From positions 2,112,001-2,176,000 of the forward strand of contig OY969564.1 of the NCBI GenBank assembly GCA_963701095.1: DNA of 64,000 nucleotides, read 5' to 3'. Every line of letters starts with the position of its first letter. Position 1 is the stretch's first letter. The stretch is from an uncultured Methanoregulaceae archaeon. GTDB lineage: Archaea > Halobacteriota > Methanomicrobia > Methanomicrobiales > Methanospirillaceae. Both the position numbers and the translations under genes were made by a program. The notes beneath the pieces were generated by a model. The model was given only the letters and a program-made list of their open reading frames with translations. It was not told the DNA's origin and did no database searches. Positions 10,090 to 20,120 of this stretch are shown here, piece by piece.

Positions 10090-11286
10090 ATGGGAAAACA
10101 GCGTATCATCTATATGGACCATTCCGCAACGACGTACACAAAAAAAGACGTTGTTGATGTAATGCTTCCCTACTTTACTAACCACTTTGGTAATCCCTCA
10201 TCAATTTACAGTATAGCACGCGAATCAAAACAGGCAATTGATTCAGCGAGATCCAAGGTTGCAAAAGCACTTGGTGCACAACCCGATGAGATATATTTCA
10301 CTTCTGGGGGAAGCGAATCTGACAATTGGGCGATAAAAGGGGTAGCGTACGCCAATCGCAAGCGGGGCAACCATATCATTACGACAAAAATTGAACATCA
10401 TGCTGTCATTCACACCTGCCAGTTCCTCGAAAAAGAGGGATTTGCAGTAACTTATCTTCCGGTTGATCGGTACGGCCTTGTCGATCCGTCTGACCTTGAA
10501 AAAGCAATTACTGAAAAGACCATTCTCATTTCAATAATGTACGCCAACAACGAGATCGGCACTATTGAACCGATCCAAGAACTTGCGGCGATCGCCCAGA
10601 AGCACAAGGTCTATTTCCATACGGATGCTGTTCAGGCTATCGGAAACGTTTCCATCGATGTAAAATCACAGAATATTGACCTGCTTTCCCTTTCCGCCCA
10701 TAAATTTTATGGCCCAAAAGGTGTCGGTGCACTATACATCAGGAATGGTATCCGGATAGAAAATCTCATTCATGGTGGCGGCCAGGAACGAAAGAAACGG
10801 GCAGGTACTGAGAATATCGCCGGCATTGTAGGATGCGGGAAGGCTATAGAACTAGCAACTGCTGATATATCAGGTCATAATGCCCGGATACAGGTAATGC
10901 GCGACCGGCTTCTCCGGGGCATCCTCGAAAAAATTCCTCATGCACGCCTTAACGGGCACCCGACAAAAAGATTGCCGGGGAACCTTAACGTAAGCTTTGA
11001 ATTCATTGAAGGTGAGTCCATGCTTCTGTGGCTCGATGATGAAGGAATTTGCGCCTCAACGGGAAGTGCCTGTACGTCCGGTTCGCTCGAACCCTCGCAT
11101 GTACTGCTCGCAACCGGCCTGCCGGTAGAGATATCTCATGGATCGCTGCGACTGACGCTTGGGGATGTTAATACTGAAGCTGATATCGATGTAGTTCTTG
11201 AAGTACTACCAAAAGTGGTATCAAAACTGAGGGATATGTCCCCTTTATACCAGAAAGAGGCAAAAGATCGAGGTTGCAATGTATAG
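10090..11286 (+). CDS. iscS: cysteine desulfurase (IscS/NifS)
   Basis: YMDHSATT, GNPSS, EHHAV, SAHKFYGPKG (PLP Lys), STGSACTS. Confidence 0.97.
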   Translation: MGKQRIIYMDHSATTYTKKDVVDVMLPYFTNHFGNPSSIYSIARESKQAIDSARSKVAKALGAQPDEIYFTSGGSESDNWAIKGVAYANRKRGNHIITTKIEHHAVIHTCQFLEKEGFAVTYLPVDRYGLVDPSDLEKAITEKTILISIMYANNEIGTIEPIQELAAIAQKHKVYFHTDAVQAIGNVSIDVKSQNIDLLSLSAHKFYGPKGVGALYIRNGIRIENLIHGGGQERKKRAGTENIAGIVGCGKAIELATADISGHNARIQVMRDRLLRGILEKIPHARLNGHPTKRLPGNLNVSFEFIEGESMLLWLDDEGICASTGSACTSGSLEPSHVLLATGLPVEISHGSLRLTLGDVNTEADIDVVLEVLPKVVSKLRDMSPLYQKEAKDRGCNV

Positions 11287-11713
11287 CGAAACAGTAATGG
11301 ATCATTTTAAAAACCCGCGTAACGTCGGGGAGATCGAGAACCCGGATGGTGTCGGCGAGGTCGGGAACCCGGTCTGCGGCGATATCATGAAAATATTTCT
11401 GAAAATAGAGAATAATATTGTCGTGGATGCGAAGTTCAAAACCTTTGGCTGCGGTGCAGCAATCGCATCGAGCAGTATGGCTACCGAACTTGTCCGGGGA
11501 AAGACTCTCGAAGATGCCTGGCAGCTCTCCAACAAGGCGGTTGCCGAGGCACTTAACGGCCTGCCCCCCATCAAGATGCATTGTTCGGTGCTTGCCGAAG
11601 AGGGCATCCATAAGGCGATCAATGATTACCGTGTAAAACACGGTTTTGAACCATGGAAAGAAACCTCGCCACATTCCCACGAACACGATGAAGAAGTCGA
11701 ATGCCAACATTAA
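11279..11713 (+). CDS. iscU: Fe-S scaffold IscU/NifU-N
   Basis: DHFKNPRNVG, GNPVCGD, FGCGAAIASSS, KMHCSVLA. Confidence 0.97.
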   Translation: MYSETVMDHFKNPRNVGEIENPDGVGEVGNPVCGDIMKIFLKIENNIVVDAKFKTFGCGAAIASSSMATELVRGKTLEDAWQLSNKAVAEALNGLPPIKMHCSVLAEEGIHKAINDYRVKHGFEPWKETSPHSHEHDEEVECQH

Positions 11714-11754
11714 CATGATCAGTTGTGCCGGATCCAGCTTACCAAGGGAAACAG

Positions 11755-12539
11755 ATGCTCTCTGAACGTGAACGTGAACGGTACAAACGCCAGATAATGC
11801 TTTTTGGCGAAGCCGGGCAGGAAAACCTTAAAAAAGTCATATTTTCATCGCTGGTGCCGGGGGACTTGGCTCACCTGTTTCGATCTATCTTGCTGTCGCC
11901 GGGGTAGGTAATCTTACTGTAGTTGACAAGGATATCGTAGATCAATCCAATCTTAACCGGCAGATACTGCACTATGACCGAGATATCGGCAGAAAGAAGG
12001 TTGTCTCGGCTGAAGAGAAACTGCAGGCTTACAACCCTGATATTAACATCAGGATAATTGATGCCACTCTGGATGAATCGAATGCTGACCGACTTATAGG
12101 AAATGCAGATGGCATCGTTGATGCAATGGATAATTACCCTACCCGGTATCTCCTCAACATTATCGCACAAAAAAAGAAGATACCTCTTTTTCACGGTGCC
12201 ATTCGGGGGTTCTATGGCCAAGCAACAACTATTATTCCGGGTAAAACTGCCTGCCTGCAGTGTCTATTTCCCTCTGCACCGCCCCAGGAGGTTTTTCCTG
12301 TTGTTGGTGCGACGCCCGGTGTCATCGGGACGATCCAGACTACAGAGGTACTCAAGTATCTCCTTGGCACCGGAGACCTCCTTACAAATCGCCTGTTGAT
12401 TTGGGACGGCATGGCTATGCACATGGATGAAATTTCCTTTGAGAGAAACCCGGCCTGTCTTTCATGTGGGACAGGATGCGGGGCATCCACTTCACTCATG
12501 GAAGCATCAGAGAAAAAAATCAGGAGAAAGAAAAAATGA
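11755..12539 (+). CDS. moeB: E1-like adenylyltransferase ThiF/MoeB/UbaA (frameshift at the A-run ~11835)
   Basis: RYKRQI; after the shift IAGAGGLGSP, SNLNRQ; DN..TR, CLQC, CLSC. Confidence 0.9.
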
Positions 12540-12814
12540 CGGTCAAGATAAGGTTTTTTGCCCGGTTCCGGGAATTGCTCGGAACTGATATTATCGTTAG
12601 CGTTAGGGAAGGAATAGTACTATCTGACCTGGTAAAGGAGGTCGCAGGCAGGAACAGGGAAGGATATCAGGCAATATTCGACGAACAGGATGCATTTAAG
12701 GAATTTGTTATTCTCATGCAGAATGGGAAACGAGTGGAAACTTCTGCTGCAGGTACAATCCTTGTCAAGGATGGCGACGATATTGCCGTATTTCCCCCGG
12801 TTGCAGGTGGATAA
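12536..12814 (+). CDS. moaD: MoaD/SAMP1-like ubiquitin-like sulfur carrier
   Basis: VKIRFFARFRE...IAVFPPVAGG; ATGA overlap with the moeB stop. Confidence 0.9.
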   Translation: MTVKIRFFARFRELLGTDIIVSVREGIVLSDLVKEVAGRNREGYQAIFDEQDAFKEFVILMQNGKRVETSAAGTILVKDGDDIAVFPPVAGG

Positions 12815-12825
12815 AGGAAACTGCC

Positions 12826-13247
12826 ATGATTGCAATCCAGACTGAAGATGTCGATATCGGGAACCTCGTAACCACCGCAAAACGGCACGGAACCGGGGCA
12901 ATCGTTGTTTTTGACGGAATCGTACGGGACGATAATATCTGCGAAATGGAACTGGAGGCGTACGGGGAGGTGGCGGTACCTGAGCTTGAAAAGATTGCGT
13001 CGGAGGCAAAATCGATCTTCAATCTCTTATCCGTAGATATTATTCACCGGATCGGCCGCCTTACAATTGGGGAAAATATTCTTGTAATTGTTGTGGGTGC
13101 AGTGCACCGTAAGGAGGCGTACCAGGGCTCGCGTTTTATTATCGAAGCGATCAAGGCCGGAGTCCCGATCTGGAAAAAGAGCTTTGCAAAGATGGCGATC
13201 GCTGGGTACCCGGAGAACACCCGCATGGATGCGGACCCCGGAAATAA
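12826..13247 (+). CDS. moaE: molybdopterin synthase catalytic subunit (frameshift ~13176; assembled ORF runs to 13359)
   Basis: GAIVVFDGIVR, HRIGRL, HRKEA, PIWKK(E); adding one A restores WKKE..DGDRWV and a stop at 13247. Confidence 0.92.
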
Positions 13248-13275
13248 CCTGCTGCCAAGTTCCATTCATCGGTGT

Positions 13276-13551
13276 TCAGGCTCCTTTCTTTTCTGTGAGT
13301 TTTCGATACATCTCTTCACCTACACATTCCCGGGCATGTTTGCACCATTGTACACATGATGCGATGTCGTTGTAGATTACAAACCCGCACTTATTGCACT
13401 TCCCGGAAATATCATTTGAAAATAGTTCCACTTCTTCTCCACATTGCGGGCATTTTTTGATCGTGAGCGTTGGCGTCCGTATATTTGCTGCACCGGGACA
13501 GTGATCGAACACGGCAAACCACCTTTGACTTATGTTATCTTCCGGGCACAT
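13276..13551 (-). CDS. small Cys-rich hypothetical protein (8 Cys in the core)
   Basis: CPG..., CPQC, CNKC, C.QWC..AREC; real start may be the internal GTG. Confidence 0.75.
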   Translation of the reverse strand: MCPEDNISQRWFAVFDHCPGAANIRTPTLTIKKCPQCGEEVELFSNDISGKCNKCGFVIYNDIASCVQWCKHARECVGEEMYRKLTEKKGA

Positions 13552-13696
13552 GAACCGAACGGATCACATCAGGACCCTTCATTTTGGATGATTAAATCTA
13601 TATTTGAAATCTCGAGTCTCTATTGCAATTCGGCGAACCAAAGCATAAATAGCATCCAAAGATGTATGAGCGCCCACGTCAAAGATCCGGCAGATC

Positions 13697-15205
13697 ATGG
13701 CCGCTGACCGGTTTCTCTCAACGTTAAAATACGTGGCTGGTACAAAACCAACCTTTAATCTATCTGAGATTGCGGCTTATCTGGACGAACCGCGGACGGT
13801 TGGGCAGATGTATGAGGCTCTCCAGCCACATCTTCACGGACTCGGGCTTACCGCTAATAAGACCGGAGAGGATTATACGATCTCGCGGCTGATGCCGTCA
13901 CCCGCTTATATCCTGAGCACCTCCGAAGAAAAACGCCTTAACGCGTACCTTTCTCTCGATACCATGCCTTCTTTTCTTGAAGCGGCCATTGAGCAGTATA
14001 TTTCCAGAAAAACGGGAAAAGAATGGTCTGATTCCATTATCCTGGAACGGCTCCGCCGTGCGATTGTCGCCCAGAAAGATGATTACTGGAAACCGACGGG
14101 CAAACGATCGCTCCAATATACGAAAGGGTATTCAGTGCTTGGTTACCTGGCGTACCACTTCCCGGTCTATTTTATGCAGGCCCGGCACCTCTTTGCGCAG
14201 CTTGCCCGGGACGGACTGCTGAAACAGCAGATGACCATTCTCGATCTCGGCACTGGGCCAGGAGTCATGCCTCTTGCTATCGAGGATTTCTGGATGTGCC
14301 TTGATTCTGCCCGTTCAACAGTCTTGTCTGTCGAACGCTCAAAAGAGCATATCGAGGCATTTGAGGCTTTGACCCGGAGTGTTGCTATACAGGATCCCCA
14401 GGTTAAGATAGAGTCCCCCAAAGAAGCTGATATTACTTTACCCCGGGACATACCGCTTCCCGAAAATGTTGATCTGATGATTTTTTCAAATGTGCTTAAT
14501 GAATTGGCCGGCCTGCCAGTTGCAGAGCGTGCGGATATTGTAATGAGCTATGGAGAAAAGCTTGCACCTGACGGCATGCTCCTTATAATCGAACCTGCGG
14601 AAGAAGCGACATCTACTGGCCTTCGTGTGCTTGCCCTTGCGTTGAAGAAGCGGGGACTCTCGATCTACGCACCTTGCACGTTTATCTGGGGCACGAACTG
14701 TACACCGGACCGGTGCTGGAGCTTCCAGACTGCCTCTTCAATTCGACCCACTCGGATCATGAATTCGCTTGCTGGGTGTAATGAACAATTCCGGTACGTA
14801 AATTCTGACATTAAATACAGTTATGTAATACTGCGGAAGGATGGTAAGGTTCGCACATCCTGTCAAATCCCAAAGAATACGAAAGCGCTGCGGTTGTCTA
14901 AGATACACATGAACGTGGGAAAACGGATCACAGTAGTGGCAGCGAAGATGTCGGAGGATATCGGAGATGCGGACACTCACTTGTACAGGCTCTGCGATGG
15001 TTCGGCTGAAAAACCTGTATATGCGGTGCTGCCCGCATTTCATATTGTCCCATCAAACCGGGAGTCGGGTCTGTGCCGTACGGAACAGGTACTCGAACTC
15101 CGAAATGTACTGGTGAGGTATAACCCCGTCCACGATGCGTATAATTTATTGGTGAGCAGGAATACGGCGATTCGGATGCTGGGACAAGGAGATCCCGGAC
15201 AGTGA
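13697..15205 (+). CDS. SAM-dependent methyltransferase, Rsm22/METTL17-like
   Basis: YLAYHFP, LDLGTGPG, FSNVLNEL, IIEPA, APC..C..C.SF, KYSYVIL. Confidence 0.75.
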   Translation: MAADRFLSTLKYVAGTKPTFNLSEIAAYLDEPRTVGQMYEALQPHLHGLGLTANKTGEDYTISRLMPSPAYILSTSEEKRLNAYLSLDTMPSFLEAAIEQYISRKTGKEWSDSIILERLRRAIVAQKDDYWKPTGKRSLQYTKGYSVLGYLAYHFPVYFMQARHLFAQLARDGLLKQQMTILDLGTGPGVMPLAIEDFWMCLDSARSTVLSVERSKEHIEAFEALTRSVAIQDPQVKIESPKEADITLPRDIPLPENVDLMIFSNVLNELAGLPVAERADIVMSYGEKLAPDGMLLIIEPAEEATSTGLRVLALALKKRGLSIYAPCTFIWGTNCTPDRCWSFQTASSIRPTRIMNSLAGCNEQFRYVNSDIKYSYVILRKDGKVRTSCQIPKNTKALRLSKIHMNVGKRITVVAAKMSEDIGDADTHLYRLCDGSAEKPVYAVLPAFHIVPSNRESGLCRTEQVLELRNVLVRYNPVHDAYNLLVSRNTAIRMLGQGDPGQ

Positions 15206-15317
15206 ACTTTGAAGGAATCCACAATATTCGTGGATTAAAATTACGTCGCTGACCGCGTGCATGGCATATGTTACATCATTTACACATGCAAAAATCATCT
15301 GCTCATCGTTAATGGGG

Positions 15318-18300
15318 TTAAGTAACTTTTGCCGTTGCTGCACTGGTGACAGTACCGGTATAGCCACCTGAACCTGTGGCAGCAACCTTGATGTAATCAC
15401 CATCATATGTTAAAGATATGGTATAGGTGGAAGAAGTCGCTCCTGAGATACCTGTATATGTCCCTCCTGAAGTGGTAGAGTACTCCCATTGATAGGTTGC
15501 AGTTGCACCAGATGGGGTCAACGCACCTGCTGTGAGTGTATCGCCCACCGCGGCCGTGCCGGTTATCGCCCCTATTGCTGTAAGAGGTTCCGCCGAAACC
15601 GGTCCTACCGCCGCACTGGTTACGGTTCCAGAGTAACTACCCGAGCCGGTAGCAGCAACCTCGATATAATCGTTGACGTATGCTGAAGCCACGGTGTAAG
15701 TGGAAGAAGTCGCTCCTGAGATAGCAGTATACGTCCCCCCTGAAGTGGTAGAGTACTCCCATTGATATGTGACGGTTGCACCGGAGGGAGTTATTGAACC
15801 TGCTGTAAGTTTACTGCCGACCTGAACTGTGCCGGTTATTGCCCCTATTGCTGTTAATGGTGTCGTTACCGGTCCTACTGCCGCACTGGTGACGGTACCG
15901 GTATAGCCGCTCGAGCCTGTAGCCACAACTTCAAGGTAATCTTTGGCATAAGAGGAAGCCACGGTATAAGTGGAAGAAGTCGCTCCTGAAATAGATTTAT
16001 ATGTCCCAATCGAAGTGGTAGAGTACTCCCATTGATAGGTTGCAGTTGCACCAGATGGCGTTAATGCACCTGCAGTCAGTGTGCTTCCGACCTGAGCAGT
16101 GCCGGTTATCGCCCCTATTGCTGTAATAGGTTCCGCCGAAACCGGACCTACCGCCGTACTGGTGACAGTGCCGGTATAACCTCCCGAGCCAGTAGCAGCA
16201 ACTTTGATGTAATCATTGACGTATGCTGAAGCCATTGTGTAAGTGGAGGAAGTTGCTCCTGGGATAACTGTATAGGTTCCTCCGGATGTAGTTGAGTACT
16301 CCCACTGATAGGTGACGGTCGCACCGGAGGGTGATATTGAACCTGCAGTCAGCGTACTTCCGACCTGAGTCGTGCCGGCGATTGCTCCTATACCGGTGAG
16401 TGATTGGGTCGATACCGGACCTACCGGTGCACTGGTGACGGTGCCAGAGTAAGTGCCCGAGCCGGTAGCAGCAACCTCGATGTAATCGCCGGCATAAGAA
16501 CCTATGAGGTATGTGGAAGAAGTTGCTCCTGGGATGGCGGTATACGTTCCTCCCGAAGTGGTAGAGTACTCCCACTGATAGATTGCGGTAGCCCCGGATG
16601 GCGTTAATGCACCAGCTGTCAGTGTACTACCTACCTGAGCAGTGCCGGTTATCGCCCCTATTGCTGTAAGAGGCTCCGCCGAAACCGGGCCTACCGCTGT
16701 ACTTGTTACAGTCCCGGAATAACCTCCTAAGCCAGTAGCAGCAACCTCGATGTAATCGTTGACGTATGCTGAAGCCACGGTGTAAGTGGAGGAGGTTGCT
16801 CCTGGGATGGCGGTATACGTTCCTCCCGAAGTGGAAGAGTACTCCCACTGATAGATTGCGGTAGCCCCGGATGGCGTTAATGCACCAGCTGTCAGTGTAC
16901 TACCTACCTGAGCAGTGCCGGAGATTGGCCCTATTGCCGTTAATGGTTCCGCTGTAACCGGACCTACCGCTGTACTAGTGACGGTGCCAGAATAACTGCC
17001 CGAGCCAGTAGCAGCAACTTTGATGTAATCATTGACGTATGCTGAAGCCATTGTGTAAGTGGAGGAAGTTGCTCCTGGGATAACTGTATAGGTTCCTCCG
17101 GATGTAGTTGAGTACTCCCACTGATAGGTGACGGTCGCACCGGAGGGTGATATTGACCCTGCAGTCAGTATGCTTCCGACCTGAGCAGTCCCGGTTATTG
17201 CTCCTATTGCTGTAAGAGGTTCCGCCGAAACCGGTCCCACTGGTGCACTGGTGACGGTGCCGGAATAACCTCCGGAGCCAGCAGCAGCGACCTCGATGTA
17301 ATCACTGACATAACCTGAGGTCACAGAGAATGTGGAAGCGGTTGCCCCCGAGATGTTGGTATAGGTTCCTCCGGATGTAGTTGAGTACTCCCACTGATAG
17401 GTGACGGTCGCACCGGAGGGTGATATTGAACCTGCAGTCAGTATGCTTCCGACCTGAGCAGTCCCGGTTATTGCTCCTATTGCTGTAAGAGGTTCCGCCG
17501 AAACCGGTCCCACTGGTGCACTGGTGACGGTGCCGGAATAACCTCCGGAGCCAGCAGCAGCGACCTCGATGTAATCACTGACATAACCTGAGGTCACAGA
17601 GAATGTGGAAGCGGTTGCCCCCGAGATGTTGGTATAGGGCCCTCCCGAAGTGGAAGAGTACTCCCACTGATAGGTTGCTATTGCTCCGGCAGGAGTCAAG
17701 GCACCTACATTCAGAGTACTTGCGACCTGAGCCGTACCAGTAATCGTTACTGCTGTGATCGGGGTTGTATAGATATATCGATCAACTGATGATGTTGCTG
17801 ATGTACCTGACGGCGTAGTAACGGTGATGTCAATGGTTCCGGTGCCTGACGGTGAGTTCACGGTAATCTGTGTTCCAAGGGTATTTACGGTGAACGTGGT
17901 GACTGCTGTAGTGCCAAATGTTACTGCAGTTGCTCCTATAAAGTTTGTTCCATTAATCGTTACACTTGTGCCACCGGCTGGCAGACCGGCTGCCGGCGAG
18001 ACGCCGGTAACGGTCGGAGCTGATTCATAGGTATATGCGTTAATCAGGAATTGAGATCCGTAAGGAGTAATGACCCACACAGATACAAGCCCGGCTGTCC
18101 CAGGAGGCGTCGTCGCAATAATTGAAGTACTATTGATAACCGTGAAACCGGGTGCCAGATTGCCGCCAAAGTATACTGATATCGTTCCATTGAAGTTCGC
18201 CCCAGTAATAGTTACAGATTGACTTCCAGTAAGTGGGCCGGCTATTGGTGAGATGCTGGCAACCGTCGGGACTAATCCATAGGTATAGGCCTTCGCTTCA

Positions 18301-19657
18301 GTTCCGGTGCCGTTGGGTGTAACGACAGAAACATTTACGGCCCCGGTTGAACCGGGTGGGGTAGTGGCGTTAATTAAAGTATTAGTGACGCTGTTGATGG
18401 TTGCCGCTGTACCACCAAAGGTTACACTAGTTGCTCCGGCGAGGTTTGTCCCGGTGATATTTACCAACGTGCCACCTGTAGTTGGGCCAGATGCCGGCGA
18501 GATGCCGGTTATGGTCGGCACTATGTACGTGTATGAAATTGTGGCCGAACCCCCCGGAGTGGTAACTGTAATATTAACAGTTCCCGCAGAACCGGCCGGA
18601 GAAGTCGCGTTGAGAGAGGTGGCGTTGTTCACCGTGAACGTAGTTGCTTGTGAACTGCCAAACATTACCGCAGTTGCACCGGTAAATGATGTCCCGGTGA
18701 TCACTACCGATGTACCTCCCGCAATCGGACCGCTTGTTGGTGAGATGCTGGATATTGTCGGGGCCGCCGCATAGGTGAATTGATCGGCGGATGAAGTAGC
18801 AGAAGTACCCCCGGAGTGGTAACTGTAATATTAACAGTTCCCGCTGAACCGGCCGGAGAAGTCGCGTTGAGAGAGGTGGCGTTGTTCACCGTGAACGTAG
18901 TTGCTTGTGAACTGCCAAACATTACCGCAGTTGCACTGGTAAATGATGTCCCGGTGATCGCTACCGATGTACCTCCCGCAATCGGACCGCTTGTTGGTGA
19001 GATGCTGGATATTGTCGGGGCTGCTACAAAGGTTGCGGAAATAGTATGGGAGACTTGGACATTCGAGAAGGTGTATGATGAAACCGCGCCAACAGATGTC
19101 GTCCCATCGACAACAACATTACCGATGCTATATCCGGTATTATTTGTAATGACAAAGGTCTGGTTTGCACCAAATGAGACCGGCACGGATCCGGAGGGGG
19201 TGATAGTTCCTCCAGTGCCGGCTGATGCAGTTATCATAAAGATACTCCCCCCGGCGGGAATGATGCCGAAATAGGATACGGCAATGACATCCGGCGATCC
19301 CGCACCCGTATAAACGACCTGCACAATTACTGGAGGAGTGATGCCGGGTTTAGTATATGTGAGCGTGTTACCGATCGACCATAATGCAGGGATCGCAATC
19401 CCGGATGTTACATCAGATCCATCCACGAGAATTTTATAGGTTCCATTTTGGAGCGCATCTCCACCGACATGTTTGATGTATACGGTTTGACTTTGGTTTG
19501 AGATGAGAGCACTCAAAGATGGTATCTTTTGTGCCTGGGGCTGGGAAAAAATAGCTACGGTAATAATCGTGCTTGCAAGTACCACAAGCGAGATAAGCAG
19601 GACTGTTCCGATGACTTCAGAGACTGCAATATCCTGATTTCTTTCCGGTTCCTTCAT
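15318..19657 (-). CDS. giant type IV pilin-adhesin: pilin N-terminus, InlB-B-like repeat, 5 IPT/TIG domains, 9 Ig-like repeats (frameshift at the C-run 18808-18812)
   Basis: A/VSEVIG prepilin helix; PT(I/V)xxISPxxGPxxGGT IPT starts; 9 x ~91-aa YQWEY repeats. Confidence 0.88.
15321..17765 (-). repeat. nine tandem ~270-273-bp coding repeats
   Basis: 17086-17358 and 17359-17631 differ at one base that I could find; other units share long identical patches. Confidence 0.95.
18550..19022 (-). repeat. two near-identical ~215-bp IPT-coding copies
   Basis: 18550-18765 vs 18808-19022 differ at only a few bases. Confidence 0.9.
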
Positions 19658-19712
19658 GCCATCCTCATTGCACAATATTTCCTAGGTTTTTCACGACATT
19701 TTTTTTGTGCCG

Positions 19713-20120
19713 CTATACCCCAAAGTACGCCTGAGTCAATACCACTGCCCCAGAGCCACCGTTATACACAACCTCGACGCTTAACGGGGGGGTGGACCCG
19801 GGTTTGGTGTAGGTAATTTCATCGCCTATCTCCCAGACTGTGGGAGACCCTGTTTTTGTGATATTGCCGGTCACATTCACTCCGTCCACGAGAATTTCAT
19901 AGGTTCCCGTTGTCAGCGGATCCCCCCCGTTATGTGTGATATATACGGTCTGGCTTTGGTTTGATATGAGGGTGCTCAGCGCAGGGAGACTCTGAGGTTG
20001 GGGTCGTGAGAGAATAACTGAAGCGACAATGGAAGCAGCAACGACTACTATTGATATCAATAATATTGTTCCAATGATTTCGGATACAGCAATATCCCGT
20101 TTTCTGCAGGGACTTTTCAT
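19713..20120 (-). CDS. archaeal type IV pilin (Pilin_N/DUF1628-like)
   Basis: DIA/VSEIIG + hydrophobic helix, HNGGD motif; paralogous to the adhesin N-terminus. Confidence 0.88.
   Translation of the reverse strand: MKSPCRKRDIAVSEIIGTILLISIVVVAASIVASVILSRPQPQSLPALSTLISNQSQTVYITHNGGDPLTTGTYEILVDGVNVTGNITKTGSPTVWEIGDEITYTKPGSTPPLSVEVVYNGGSGAVVLTQAYFGV

Noticed and set aside
15321..19022. Near-identical repeats as a DGR template/variable pair or a CRISPR array
   Set aside because: The repeats are in-frame protein domains with no unique spacers, and no reverse transcriptase or cas gene is present.
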